Source of the DNA: Octopus sinensis
Lineage: Eukaryota
Assembly: GCF_006345805.1 (NCBI RefSeq)
Contig: NC_043010.1
Location: 44,516,001 to 44,580,000 of the forward strand
Direction: 5' to 3'
DNA length: 64,000 bases
In this document: in pieces, positions 12,641 through 25,559 of the stretch
How the letters are laid out: every line of letters starts with the position of its first letter
Numbering within the stretch: the first letter of the stretch is position 1
Program-made: the position numbers and the translations under genes
The notes under the pieces: model-generated
Seen by the model: the letters and a program-made list of their open reading frames with translations, nothing else
Database searches by the model: none
What the model was told of the DNA's origin: nothing

Positions 12641-12743
12641 CCATATCGCTCTAAACAGAGACAAATTTGTTCATCAAATCTATATTGGTGTCCGTCAGGG
12701 TGGTTTATAATTGTTGATGGTTTCAACAGAGTATTTTCATCTC
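12641..12743 (-). CDS. PCGF1: PCGF1-like exon (DENTLLKPSTIINHPDGHQYRFDEQICLCLERY)
   Basis: H.YR.DEQ..LCLER motif at the RAWUL start, PCGF1-type; acceptor cctacag, donor gtaagc; phases 1/2. Confidence 0.93.
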
Positions 12744-13740
12744 CTGTAGGAATAAAAAAGTGTTATGAGTAACTACTGAAATACAAATTTATGTTTTATA
12801 TAGAAAAGGTAGTGAGAGAAAATTAAGAGATATAAACTAGTGGTGATATCAGAATTATGTTACATATACACTATATAAATTGTTTGCATTCCATCTTGGA
12901 AAATAATAAATCTCCACAAATTATATATATAATTGATCAACATCATCACCATAATACCAGTAATATTATGTGTCTGTTTACCTAGCACTCAAGAAGTGGT
13001 ACTAGATTATCAAGGAATCTTACTGGCATTCCATCCAGCTATAAAACTACGGTTAAATAGTTTCTCTTAAGAGACTTTGAAAAATATTTAATTGGCTATA
13101 TAACTCACTATATTATTACTAACAGTGCTCCACCACCACAAGCACACACAACCACAACCATTCCTTATAAATTCTCTATTATCCCCTCTTAAAGCTGTGT
13201 CCACCCAGTAGCCCTATGGTTATTTGAAAATTGATTCTAGAAACCCTATCTGAATACATTTTACACACCCAACTTTCCGCTTTCCATCATTCATAAGGCA
13301 CCCTGCCATTCAATCTCCTTATAGAACACCTTACTAATATTTCCTTTAAAGAAATACATGTTTCCAGAAGCCCTTTCCTATACATCAGTTATCCTGACCC
13401 TCACCCAATTTAGGAGACCTAAAAAGAATAAGTTATAGACACATCTTCCCCACCCATTCAGCTAACTAATAATAATCAAGGCATTGAGAGAACCTCTATG
13501 TCATTTTGACCAACTAGAAATAGCAGTCAAATCTATTTCAAATTACACTACTGTCTTAGAAAAGGAAGAACATATTATACAATATAGTCTTGGATAAGCA
13601 AATAACAGAATAATCTCAAGTGGAAGATCTTTGATCATAGTCTACACAATCAAGATAACCACAAGTAACTAATAGTAATAAAAAAAAACACCCAGAATTC
13701 CTAAATCAAAATTCTAATGAACTTTGCAAAATATTCTTAC

Positions 13741-13803
13741 CATCTTTCTTTTCATTTCCAAGGCCACGGGAGTTATAAAATTCTTCCCTTCTCTTCTCTT
13801 CAT
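13741..13803 (-). CDS. PCGF1: PCGF1-like exon (EEKRREEFYNSRGLGNEKKD)
   Basis: EEKR..EFY.SRGL motif as in PCGF1; acceptor tttcag, donor gtaaga; phases 1/1. Confidence 0.93.
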
Positions 13804-14078
13804 CTGAAATACAAATAATAAGAATATTGCAATTCCAAGAAATACAAAAAACATGGAAAATAATCTAAACTAAATAGTGCACTGTATTTTATTACGGAAG
13901 AAGAAAATAACTTTTAACCAAAATAAATATTATTTAAAAAATATTTGTCAAAATTAAATGACCAAAAATTAACAAGGCTTTTCTTGATAACTCTTATAAA
14001 ATTATATCTTTAAATTGTATACAAAATTAATGTTTTGAAATGAATGTTTTTTTATGCTTTTTCTGTAAAATAACTTAC

Positions 14079-14231
14079 TTTCAAAGAGTCCAGGCACTAA
14101 CTTATAGACAATATCCTGTAATGTCCGGTCAGCCCTCAAGTTTGCCAAAGGCTGGGTTTCATGAATTTTCATATTACAATGAGGACAACATTTGCTACTT
14201 TGAAGATACTTAACAATGCAGCTTTTACAAA
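14079..14231 (-). CDS. PCGF1: PCGF1-like exon, RING second half ([51 protein letters not shown])
   Basis: [25 protein letters not shown] matches recalled vertebrate PCGF1; acceptor tttcag, donor gtaagt; phases 1/1. Confidence 0.96.
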
Positions 14232-15359
14232 CTGAAATGTAAAAAAAGAATACTATTTTTGATATATCACTGGAGATATTACAAAAAATTATACACTGAA
14301 GCTGATATATTAAATTCTGTGGTATAATATAATAGCAATGAAGTATCTAACTGTGTCACAATATAATGCTGACGCTGTGACTTTATACAAAGCTGAAGAG
14401 TCATAGCAAGGCAAGTTATTCGTAAGGCAACTTTTTGTCAAAAAGTTAAAATTCATAAAAATGCTTGTTTCAAGGTTAAGCCAAAGATAAAAAACATTTT
14501 TTTATGATTAATCATCATAATTAATTACTTCTTAAAGTTAATAAAGTTAAAATCAAGCAATAATGTTAAAAATAAGGTTGAAAAAATGAAATTTTACTGA
14601 AAAGAATTTTTTTTCTTTTGATTAGATACTGCAAAGAATAAATAGATTCATTGATATATAATTTTATGTATTGATTAAACTTAAATTTGTTATCTATATC
14701 TGCTAGTTTTTAGTAGAGGTGTTGTATTGGACTACCACTTCAGATCTATTTTTAGCACTCCCTCTGACTTGTCCTACCCATTAATGTTGAAAATTATTGG
14801 ACACCAGGTGTATCTAGTCATTTGAACAAAAGTCTAGCATGTCTATATGGCTTTCCTGTGAGACAAATTTCTTACTACAAGGTACTTTTATCGGTATTAG
14901 TTATTGGTGATTGATACCAACTGTTAGTACTGATTATTTGCATCTTTTCTCCAGTTCATGAAACAGGCATCTTCAAGAATAGAATTATTTACTAACACCC
15001 AATTGTAAGTGTATTTGCCTACAGTTTTAATTATTTGCACCTGTTCTTTAGGAATTTTAAATTTACCACCAAAAGTAAGCATTTTTCCTTACTATTTTTT
15101 TCCCTATATGTAAATGTACAGTTTGCTAGCTGTTTCACAATGATATTTTGATATATATTTTTTATGTACTGTTTTAATTTGTTTGTTAACTATTACATAA
15201 ATTTTTATCTGAGGTTTTATTGAATCGTTTTCTTTCACTTGCATTGCTGGGTCTTTTTGAGGTTGATTGTGGAGTTCTTTTGTCGTTGCCTTATTGAGCT
15301 TCTGTTTTCCTGTTTCAAGTAATTTTAATTTTGATCATTATGATTTTATTATTCTTAAC

Positions 15360-15880
15360 TCAGATGCAAAAAACAGAAACATTCTCAAAAGAATTTGTAT
15401 TGACTCACAATACCCAGTTACATTGCTGATTGTGACGTCAACTGCGATAAAAGGCATTTTGTTGAGTCACACAGAATGAGCAAAAATTATCAAATCTATC
15501 TTTAAAAGACTACTAAAATTGAACAGCCACCTATCAAATTGTTTGAATTTACCAAAAATGATCAATCTTGGGGTGAAATTGTGACCAAAACATTTCTTGG
15601 GACTGACGTTCCTTTGCACAAGCTCACTAATCCAAGTTTGAGATGTTTCTTTAATTCTCTCAATAAACCACTGCCATCTCAGTGTAAGTGCTGAAAATAT
15701 GTTGATACGCTAAGTGCAAACATGGTTGAAAATTGCAAGCGCTGCTGGCTGATCAAAATATATTTTAAATTGTTGACAAAAGTGAGATCAATAACAAAAA
15801 ATTGCTAATGTACTTATTGGTTCAGTTAAAAAATCTTCAAAAACGTTTTTAATAGAATGTTTGCCACTAGAATCAACTTT
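15360..15880 (+). mobile_element. CGGBP1-like (hAT-related) DNA transposase relic with stops and frameshifts
   Basis: C.DKRHFVESH zinc-finger-like segment; F..TDVPLHKLTNPSLR.F; IVD….N..IANVLIG…FLIEC. Confidence 0.7.
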
Positions 15881-16317
15881 AATAGTTTAATATTATACTT
15901 GCCAAGCTATTTTCACTTCTACATATTGCCAGTGGAACGTAAAAAGCACCCACTACACTCATGGAGTGGTTGGCGTTAGGAAGGGCATCCAGCTGTAGAA
16001 ACATTGCCAGATCAGACTGGGCCTGGTGCAGCCTTCTGGTTTCCCAGACCCCAGTTGCACCGTCCAACCCATGCCAGCATGGAAAGCGGACGCTAAACGA
16101 TGATGATGATGATGATGATATTGCAGAATGTAAACATATGTTCCTTCATTTAATTAGCTGCAATTTCCAAAACAAACTAAGATATGTATTAGAAGCTGAT
16201 AGGTGATGGAGGAAGTGGATGGTTGGTGGAGGAAGATTATATTTATATGATTCTAGTCCACTTTTAAGTATCAGATACATTTGACATGTACAGAAAAGTA
16301 TTATTAAATCAACTCAC

Positions 16318-16420
16318 ATGTATGAAGGCATTCTGTGATTGTGGTAGCATCTATGAAATAGCCTGCACATAGTGAACACACAATGTGTGGGTTCACCTGA
16401 CGGATACGGATTTTCATCAT
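16318..16420 (-). CDS. PCGF1: PCGF1-like Polycomb RING finger protein, first confident coding exon ([34 protein letters not shown])
   Basis: C3HC4 RING start CxxCxGY.IDATTI.ECLHT typical of the PCGF family; acceptor ttcttatag, donor gtgagt; 103 nt ending in phase 1. Confidence 0.95.
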
Positions 16421-16569
16421 CTATAAGAAAAAAATTTAATTAGTTTTATTACAACAAATATAATATAATAATAATAGATGGCAAGACCTGTAGAAATGCT
16501 ATGTTTTATAAATTTTCATACTTTATTTTACTGCATAAATTTATTTGTCCTCATGACATTATGATAAAA

Positions 16570-18440
16570 ATTTGCGAGGAAGTGCTTTTCCAAGCATTCA
16601 AATTCACACATGAGCATTTGAGTTCAGAATAATTTTATTCAACTTAGCACTAATTTTACAGGTGTGTTTTTACTCATATTCTAAGAAGTGAATGTTAAAA
16701 ATGACAAATTTAAATGGCAAGTTTTGTCATGAAAATTTTATTATGTTGCTATAGCTACTACGAAGAAATAAATCACATGATTCTTCTGTCCACGAAAGTC
16801 TTTTCCATTGCAATATTTGTAACCAGTTGGTATCAGTGGCTTTTCATATCCCTTTCTCTTACAGAAACTTGTAATCATGGAGCCACATGTAAGGTACATG
16901 TGTATATCAGATGAAGATAGGGCAAAGCTGGTTGATGCCTTTGAGGGGCATCAAACTGACTACCTGAAACTGGCAGACACACTTGGCATTAAAAGAAGTA
17001 CTGCCGGATCTATAACAACCTACCTATGGTCTGGGATGTGCCACAAGTTGCCCAGAGGAAGTGTCCACCACATTAAGGTTGATGAGTAAATGCAAGCCAA
17101 GCTTCAGGTGATTATTGATGCCAGCCCACTCACAACCCTTCAACAAATGAAGGACTTAGAGGGAGCATTGCCCAGAAAGCTGCCCGTTTCCATGTCTGCA
17201 ATCTCACAGGTTCTAGATGGGATGTTGATAACTATGAAGTTGGCGAAAGATGTTCCTGATGCAAGAAATTCCCCAAGAACTCTGGAAAAGTGTTATGAGT
17301 ACGTGCATTGGTTCATGGAAAAGGGAGTCGTCAGCCATTGCGTATTCATTGATGTGAGTACAACATTTGGACCAGGTAGTCTTTTGGATGAGCCCCTCGA
17401 GGCATTCCTGCTTGCCAAGTTGTCAACCGTCAGTGTGGGAAAAACTATGTCACTTTTGCAGTGTTAGGAGAAATCGACCTGGTTCACCATTCCATTATGA
17501 ATGATACAGTTACACAAAACTCTTTCCAAGAGTTCTTGGCAGAAACAGTTCAAGCAAGTGCCAATATGTTCCCAGCAGATGAATCCGTCTACTAGAGCTA
17601 TGACAATGCACTGCCACATGTTTGTGCCGAGCTCCCAGCTGATGCCAACCCATGGATCAATTTGAAACTCCCACCTCCCTATTTGACATTTCTTAATTGT
17701 ATGGAAATGGCACATTCTGCCTTTAAGGTGGTTGTCAAGCGGGACCTCATTTGAGCTGAGTTGCAGAAAAGGGTTGGCAACTGGGCATCTGCAGAAGAAG
17801 CTGGTATGATCATGGAATAATGGTGAACACATATCATGCAAGAGGTCACAAGGCATAACATCAATATTTATCACTCCAGAAAATTGTGTTCGTTGGTATA
17901 GACATGCCAAGACCTACTTCCTGAGATGCCCCGATCACCAGGAAATAGACAGCTAAATCCTCTCAAATGAACTCTCCTTATGAGGACTGTAAATCAATAA
18001 TTATCTTAGAGTACATAGCACCCTTTCCCCGATGAAAGAAAAATGCAAAATCAAAGAAATATATACTTTTCCCAACAAGACATATTATGCAAAGTAGGAA
18101 CACATATCACAAAATAATGTATTCAAAATGAAAGAAAATGAGCATTTGTTGTAACTGTGAGTTTCTTTAAAAGACTGAAAAGGCTGGAATGCAATTTCAT
18201 GAAATCTTTAACAATAAATACCTGTACCTATGCAAAAATGAAAGAATACATAGAAAAGACATGGACACAATAGATTGCTTAAAGCATAAACAAAGGATGA
18301 AAACACATGATTATGATAACAATGATCATGAGATAAAACCAAAACAGCTTTCATGCTAAGTTGATTGCTCAAAGTGTTAAACAGATTGCTCTGAAATGAA
18401 TCTGAATGTTCGAAAAGATACTTCCTCACATTCTGACTAA
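16570..18440 (+). mobile_element. Tc1/IS630-like (DDE_3-type) transposon relic with degenerate long TIRs
   Basis: Broken transposase 16877-17950 (HTH region, CVFID, YDNA.PH, LPPY..FLN..E); 16570-16650 is inverse-similar to 18355-18435. Confidence 0.8.
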
Positions 18441-18959
18441 TTTGAATGCTCTCAACGGGCATTTTAATTTGAATGATGCGGATGCTAAATTCTTTGACTG
18501 AAGTGTGAAACTGATTGATTGTAAAACGAATTTGAATGACTAACTTCATGGAGCTAAATTTTTCCTGACTTTCAATAACCCAATTATCAAATTGAATGAC
18601 AAACATATAAAAAATGACTGCAAAAACTTATATTATATGCTTTGAAATAAGGGGAGGCTGAAAATAAAAATAATTTCCCCACTACAATGCACCATTTTCA
18701 AGTAGTTAGTAAGACACAAGTAACATACATGTAACTTTGGAAATCACCTTCCAACAATCTCATTCACTAGGGGTTATTCAAGCCATTGACTTTGAGAAAA
18801 AAGTCAAAATTCTTTTTAAAGTTTGGAAGAAAATTCGATATTCATGATCTCTTGAAGCTGCTTGAGAGTGTACCAAATTAAGTGAATGTGTATAACAATG
18901 TACAACTTCTGTCAGTGGTGCAGCTTTTCTGTCTTTACTGACATTGGCTTATCCCCTAA

Positions 18960-19320
18960 ACCTTTCTTGAAACCTTTCCTTCTCAACAAATAACAAAACA
19001 TGTCACAGTTAAGATTTCATCTGAGAGTTTGTAGTCTCACCAAACATAACAGCTACAAAAGCTGTTTTTTTTAATCGTTGGCTTAATTACACCTTCACTT
19101 GTAACAGCTATACAATAAAATGATTTTGTTTTGAATATCACTTGAAAGTGATATTCGTTTTCATATCACTTCAAAGCTGAGAAAAAGTGTTCTTACATTG
19201 ACAAACTAACAGACATAGGAAACAGAAAAATTTGTTCAGAATTGGTCATCTCATCTTTCGCTCTTTCAATCAAAATAACGATGACATTCCTTGCTGCCCA
19301 CTTCGGTTTTGATTTTCAGC
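18960..19320 (-). mobile_element. hAT (ZMYM1-like) transposase relic
   Basis: SDIQNKII and FVAVMFGETT..Q.KS.L..VL.FV resemble the hAT first catalytic Asp region. Confidence 0.6.
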
Positions 19321-20726
19321 TTATGTGGTTGAGAAGCAAGCTTTTTACCACATATATATATATATATATATATATGACTGAAACAAGTAAAAGAGTAGAA
19401 ATTTCAACTGTGGAAGTAAAGCATTGAATAGAGAATCCTCAAAGTAAACCTATCAAAGATAAAAGTTTTATTTAGCAGCTAGCTCAGAAGATAAGACTGC
19501 TGCTATCTGGGAAGTGACTATGCTTGATATGCAGAAAAGAAGCAGGTAGGAATTTCCACACAGTGTACTTGATATAAACTTCACACATGGCAGATGTTCA
19601 GAAGTAATTAACAGTAAGAACATCAAAGTCTTTCATATGATTGAAAAGCTCCATACAAGTAGCTGGCAACTTCTACTACCGAGGTGATTTAATTAACCGT
19701 TGAGGTGGAAGCTCCGAAAGAATAATAGTCAGAGTAAGATTAAAGTAAAAAATGCTTAGGGAGTTCTGCTGGCAACAAAGTAATTCTCTGAATGAAGATT
19801 AGCCCCAATATAAAGTGTGATATTGTATTTTACTAAAATATGGGCATTGAATGAAGAGGATTTGTGAAAGCTAGAAAGAAATTATGTGAAAGAAATTATA
19901 CTAACATAATACAGCGTGCATTAACAAAACCCACTTAGAAATATTTGTGCAGTAAGGAAGAGAAAACAGCTCAATGAATGATATTTTAATCATTTCAGCA
20001 AGTATGGGAGATAACTCCAGATATAGCTTGATCTTATTAGACTTCCTCAGCTAAGCACTTGCATCAACATACTTTCCTATACACTGATGAGAGAATCAGG
20101 AAGGTAATCTACAATATTGGACTTGAGCAGGCACAAAAAGTTAGCATATTAATTATTCAACTAATAGTATCTTTTCTTCACCACATAAGTATCTATCATT
20201 TGATTTTGGATAGTCATTACATTTTCAAATATAATATATCATTATTACTTTGTATTAAAAAATGAGCTGGCAGAATCATTAGTGTTGAAAATAAGATGTT
20301 TGGCTGCTTTTTTCCAGCTCTTTACCTTCAGAATTCAAATCCTATAGGGGTCAACTTTGCTTCCAGTGTTAATAAAATAATAAAATAAAGTACCAATCAA
20401 GTACTGCAGTCAATAGTCTAAACTAAACCACTCTGCATAAAACTGTATTGTACCTAAATTAGAAACTATTATTTCTTTGTATAAGGTAGCAAGCTGACAG
20501 AATTGTTAAAGCATTAGAATAAATGTTTTGCAGTTTTTCTTCTAGCTCTATACATTCTGAGTTCAAATCTTGCCTGAGATTAACTTTGCTTTTCATCTTC
20601 CCGAAGTTGATAAGATATAGTACCAGTTAAATACTGCAGTTGATTTACAGTTGATGCAATCAACTACTGTCTCAAAAATTGCCGAACATGTGCCTTAATT
20701 AGAAACAATTATTTATTTGCCTTAAA

Positions 20727-20980
20727 TCAGTAGTTCTCAACCAGGGTCCATATGACACTCGGCGGTTTATATAAGGTTTTGTTGTTAAAATTTATTGGTT
20801 ATACTTCTGCAATACACAAAATATTTTAACATTTTTAAAATACATTTCCTAACAATATTCATATATAAGAATATAAAAATATAATGGGATATTTTTAAAC
20901 ACCAAATAGCTGTGGGGTCCAGTAGAGTAAAATAAAAATCGAAGGAGGTACACAGGCACAAAATGGTCGCGGACACTACA
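20727..20980. mobile_element. hAT/Charlie-like MITE; same family at 54893-55110
   Basis: cagt.gttctcaacc ends; internal ctctactggacc.c.atagc shared in opposite orientation. Confidence 0.6.
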
Positions 20981-20994
20981 TTAAATTATAACTA

Positions 20995-21342
20995 GAATCC
21001 TGAAGTTTACAGTCCGAAATAGATATTTCAAAATAAATAGTAAACAGACTGATTCATTTAGGTGATTCTGCATTCAATATCAACATAATTTAGTACAATT
21101 TTACATATTATTGGTTAGGAGTTGGGGAGTTAGGGTCAGTGGGTTGAAGTTAAGTTTAGGGTTTGGCTCGAGTTTAGGACTAAGGGAAGAGATAGTCACG
21201 GTTGGAAAGCTGTAATGGTGTTGAAATTTCTCTGTACATAAACACGACTCGTATTTATAGTGTATATGAAAACAAAAATAAATCGGACTGTCTAATGTTT
21301 GTTTTGAAATTTTTCTACTTACAACTGTAAAGACTGGAATGC
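20995..21342. mobile_element. MITE with ~55-bp degenerate TIRs and an internal TTAGGG-like tract
   Basis: tttacagt…tttcaaaataaa…acag at left mirrors ctgt…tttgttttgaaa…actgtaaa at right. Confidence 0.55.
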
Positions 21343-21728
21343 AAATTATACTGTGTTTTTAAAAAAAAAGTACAAATAGAAGAGGGATTGAGAATTATGT
21401 TTTTGCTTTTCTTGACATGGGTTTAGTAAAAGTAGCTCCAACCAAGAAAACGAAACTGACTTATTGGTTCCAGGCATGCCTGTGTTTACATAATAACAAA
21501 TAACAATCCATAAACCCTAAGATTTCCAGGCAAACGAAACGATTACCAACTTAACACAAAACTGCACATTTAGGGTTGGGTTGTATTCAATTACACCGAC
21601 TCCAGTACTTGAATGGTATTGCATTTTATCAACTTTCCTGAAAGATGAAATGCCACCAAGTATTTTATCCAATGCTTAAACGATTATACTGTCCAACGAA
21701 ATAACAAGACGTTAACACTTAGACGCAC

Positions 21729-21790
21729 TTGCTTGTCATGAAATTCCTCGAGCTTCAGACGAAGCTTGATAGCTTGATGGAATGAAACAA
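21729..21790 (-). CDS. PCGF1: Candidate upstream PCGF1 exon (VSFHQAIKLRLKLEEFHDKQ); may instead be a 5' UTR exon
   Basis: Donor gtgcgt at 21728-21723, phase 0 and in frame with the RING exon; QAIKLRLKL loosely resembles the recalled human AIAMRLRNQL; acceptor is purine-rich and weak. Confidence 0.45.
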
Positions 21791-21858
21791 CTGTATTGTT
21801 TTCTATATTTTTATAATTCGAGAAACGAAAACAAATCTATAATTCGGTCGAAATAAAA

Positions 21859-21877
21859 TTTATATAAAAGCCGGAAG
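21859..21877 (-). promoter_or_regulatory. TATA-like tract plus ETS-type CCGGAAG motif, candidate PCGF1 promoter
   Basis: tttatataaaagccggaag within a locally CpG-retaining segment (~21.5-23.1 kb). Confidence 0.35.
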
Positions 21878-22700
21878 CTAAGTAACTTTATTGACTTAAA
21901 TTGTGTGTGTGTGTGTGAGAGAGAGAGAGAGGGGGGGGGCTATATTTAAGAAAATATAAGTCGTAAATGCCTCTTTATAGTTAGTATATAAACGTGAAAC
22001 AGAGCAAGCATAATTCAATGGAACATTGACTCTGAAATTTGTGAATATAAATTATGAGTATACAATTTCAGCAGCATTAAAATCGAGATTTGTTAGTTTC
22101 ACTACTGTTTATAATAAGCATCTTAATGTTTTGGTTACTGTAATTAACGCGACCGAATTATTACAATACGAAGTCTAGCGATCGAAAGGGGAAGAAAATG
22201 ACTAACCAAAATTGTGTATAAACAAGCTGAATAAAAAGGGTTTGTAATATCAATAAAAATATGTGGGAAGTGAGAAATAATAAACAGAAACAATATATAA
22301 GTGAAGAAACATAACCTTTTTTTTCCTATAATTTTATACATACGTACATGCATACATACATATATTTGTGTGTGTGTGTGTGTGTGTCTGTGCGTGTATT
22401 TTAGTGGTTGTTGTGTATACATGCGTGGGTAGCTAAGACAGCATTAAGTAAGGAAGGATACTCTTGTATATGTTAGGAATATTTATAATCCATATTCACC
22501 TCCTCCATGATGATTCTGAATATAAAATTACAGAAGTCATAAATACGCCATGACACAGTTTCAGGAAAACTATTAATATACTTTATCTGAGTATCTCCAT
22601 ATTTTTCCAACTCGCACGGAGTTAAGTTAAATAACTTGCAAGGCGGCTATGAGGGAAAATATGTTCTGCGTAAATAAATATTCCGGACATAATTAGTTAC

Positions 22701-22713
22701 CTACACTATTCAT
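22701..22713 (-). CDS. Speculative first coding micro-exon (ATG AAT AGT GTA G)
   Basis: ATG preceded by in-frame TAA, donor gtaact, phase 1 fits the 21729-21790 exon; would give a 260-aa protein. Confidence 0.25.
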
Positions 22714-23389
22714 TTAACAATTATTTTTGAAAATGGGAACACTAACGTACTAATATGGAAATATTCAACCAATACCCAAAATATCAAGATTTTATTTTCA
22801 ATAAGAAATCGGAAAATAATAACGAATTTAGGTTTTTCATGTGTGGTAATTATACAGATAATCTTTTGATAACCGATGTTGCTCCGTATGAGTAGATACC
22901 AGTTGATCTTAGCTCTTTGATCCACAGGTGGTGAAAGGGGTCAATTTCCGAATTCGTGACATTTTAGATTCGTTATCAAATTGCGAAAGGTTTATCCAAA
23001 TTATTAATTGTTACGGAGATTAAGGTTTTAAATAATTATAGGCCCTGATTTAAAGTTTTGCTTAAAAGAAAAACAAGTACAAGCAAACTGGAAACATAAT
23101 AGAGCTATAGGGTTTCGAAACAATAATTGTTCCATAATCCTTACGTTTTGCCAAAAAAAAAAAAGAAAGAAAGAAAGAAAAATACACACAAAAAATATTT
23201 TGTGTCTTTAAATAATTATAAGTTTTCATAACTAAATTACTGGAAAAATAATTTTATTAGATATATTGGTTTATGTTGTCAAGAACATGGGTTTTCAATA
23301 ATTGGTTAAGTGGCAGGAGAACTTTCATCTAATTTTTCCAAATCTTTCTGTTAAAACTATATTGAAACCATTTATGGAGAATTTTTTTT

Positions 23390-23845
23390 CCATCACAGCA
23401 ACTGGTCGCACACCACAAGGTTTAAAGGAACCTACTGAAGCAAGCCAGCACGCTTGCAGCATTCTTTTCTACTCTAGGCACAAGGCCCGAAATTTTGCGG
23501 GAGGGGGCCAGTCGATTAGATCGACCCCAGTACGCAACTGGTACTTAATTTATTGACCCCGAAAGGATGAAAGGCAAAGTCGACCTCAGCAGAATTTGAA
23601 CTCAGAACATAAAGACATGAAATACCTATTTCTTTACTACCCACAGGGAGGATAAACAAGGACAGACACACGGATTAAGTCGATTACATCGACACCAGTG
23701 CTTAACTGGTACTTAATTTATCGACCCCAAAAGGATGAAAGGCAAAATCGACCTCGGGGGAATTTGAACTCAGAACATAACAGCAGACGAAATACCGCTA
23801 AGCATTTCACCCGGTGTGCTAACGTTTCTGCCAACTCACTGCCTT
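23390..23845 (-). mobile_element. SINE family B, two nested or tandem copies (also 34610-34835, 38215-38430, 50580-50715)
   Basis: Recurring gagctggcagaa.cgttagca…ttctgagttcaaattc.gccgaggtcgactttgcctttcatcc. Confidence 0.85.
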
Positions 23846-24335
23846 AGCACACTCGCAGCATTGCCATGGGCGATGGCAAGGCTAAGGCGTTGGGCATCAC
23901 TTGACACCTCGGTGAGGCAAGCTGCCAATGTTGATAAGAACTTTATGGTTACTGGCCCAGTCTCTCTGAACATCTCAAACGCCACAGGTTCGAAGAGGTA
24001 GTTCACTGTCAGATCCCGATACTTCAGGGTTTTCTTCTGTTCAGCTACGGAAGCAGTGACCCTCCTATTAACTGCGGGATGTGGGAGGGAGCAAAGGAGT
24101 CGTAGACTGTGGAATCCCAAATGAGGCACCTACCCCTAACCCAAGGACAGAAGGTAAGACCATCTGGTCTCTTTCCATCACTTCTGGATCGCCCTAATAG
24201 CTCCAGAACTGAGGGGATATTAATCCGAGCCAGGGCCTGCTTAATGATTAGGTTTAGCTCAGTGTGACGAGCAAAGCAACCAGCATTTAGGCAGCAAGAC
24301 AGACTGTGAAGACCTGTGGTGTCAAGGGGCCTACC
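23846..24335 (-). mobile_element. CRE/NeSL-type non-LTR retrotransposon 3' fragment (zinc knuckle plus restriction-like endonuclease)
   Basis: H.LSC….G.FARH.ELN.II..AL…NIPSVLE, DGKRPDG.T..PW..G.CLIWD.TV, F.PVA.E and QRLSLAIAHGNAASVL. Confidence 0.85.
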
Positions 24336-24369
24336 ATATGACTGAAGGGGATTTAAAAGATGAAATTTT

Positions 24370-24830
24370 ATTTTGCAGGCAATAGAAACTACAACAAATA
24401 TTTGAGATATGTTGGAAATAACATATTCTATGAAGTGAATTGTTTGAAGTGAAAACTATTGTTGGCATCAAGACTGATGGAACACTTACCATGCTTAGTT
24501 CAGGATTTGACTTCCAAATATTAGTGTAAGAACATACTTAGTTGTGCCAGAGTTCATAAATTTATTCAACAGACATTGGTATGAAAAGGAAGCTGAATGT
24601 TTAGCTATAAGGAAAAAGTTCAAATTATTCTTTCATAAAGATATAATCAAAGCATTTCTTGGAAAATTAAAACTATGGAATGCGAGAGATGAAAATGATA
24701 AAAAATTAGTTCAATTTCCAAATTTTAATGCAATGTCTGTAGAAAGGAAGGCTATTTAAATTAAAATCCAAATGGAGGAAATGTTTTGCATTTGAAAACA
24801 ATATTCACTGAGCACTTTAAAGACTGAAAC
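24370..24830 (+). mobile_element. hAT-Charlie (ZBED5/GTF2IRD2-like) transposase relic
   Basis: GIKTDG…M and DIIKAFLGKLKLWN….FP.F motifs. Confidence 0.65.
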
Positions 24831-25559
24831 TCACATTAATGGTGAAAGAATTCAAAGATGATTTATTGGTAATGTAATGCTGGTCATAAATAGAATTCAC
24901 AGAGATATGTCTGTCGTGTTTTCTTTTGAATATAATCACCAAAATAGAATTTAGTGTTCTTTTTTTCTTAGAAAATATGTGTTAAAGTGTTAAAAAAGAA
25001 CCTCTTTTCCTATGATGGTCCACAATTTATCTTGGACTGTATCAGTGGTCCATGAACTGGAATGGGTAGGAAACCACTTTATCACTAGTCTAAGGGTAAA
25101 GAATAGATATTTTGAAAGGGATGTGGGAGTAACATTCATGCTTTTTTCAATATGAGGAGAAAAGAAGCTATAACAGAGAATGAAAACTGGGTCACAGCAT
25201 TGGTTCATGGATAACTTATCTCTGCAACACTTGTTACTGTGACATATAATTGATAAAAGCACTATTCATTACAATTCAAATTTATAAATTCTTTCTCAGT
25301 GATTAAAATTCCATGATCTATTGTAATAGCTGACAAAAGTTTTATTTATTTCTTTAATAGTCTTTTTTTATTTACATATCTGAATACAACATTTATACTC
25401 TGCTTCTCTTCCACCATTACCCTTTAATGCTCTATCTTTACTTCTCTTCCCTGTGTATCAAGTGATGGCATCAGCTCTGTCTGTATCCATGGTGCTATGT
25501 CTTCGTCTGTTGTCACTTCACCAAACATCTTTTCATCTACATCTTTTTGTCTGATGAAT

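Noticed and set aside
22710-22925. Hydrophobic 71-aa ORF near the PCGF1 promoter
   Set aside because: GTG start, AT-driven composition, no recognisable motif or splice link
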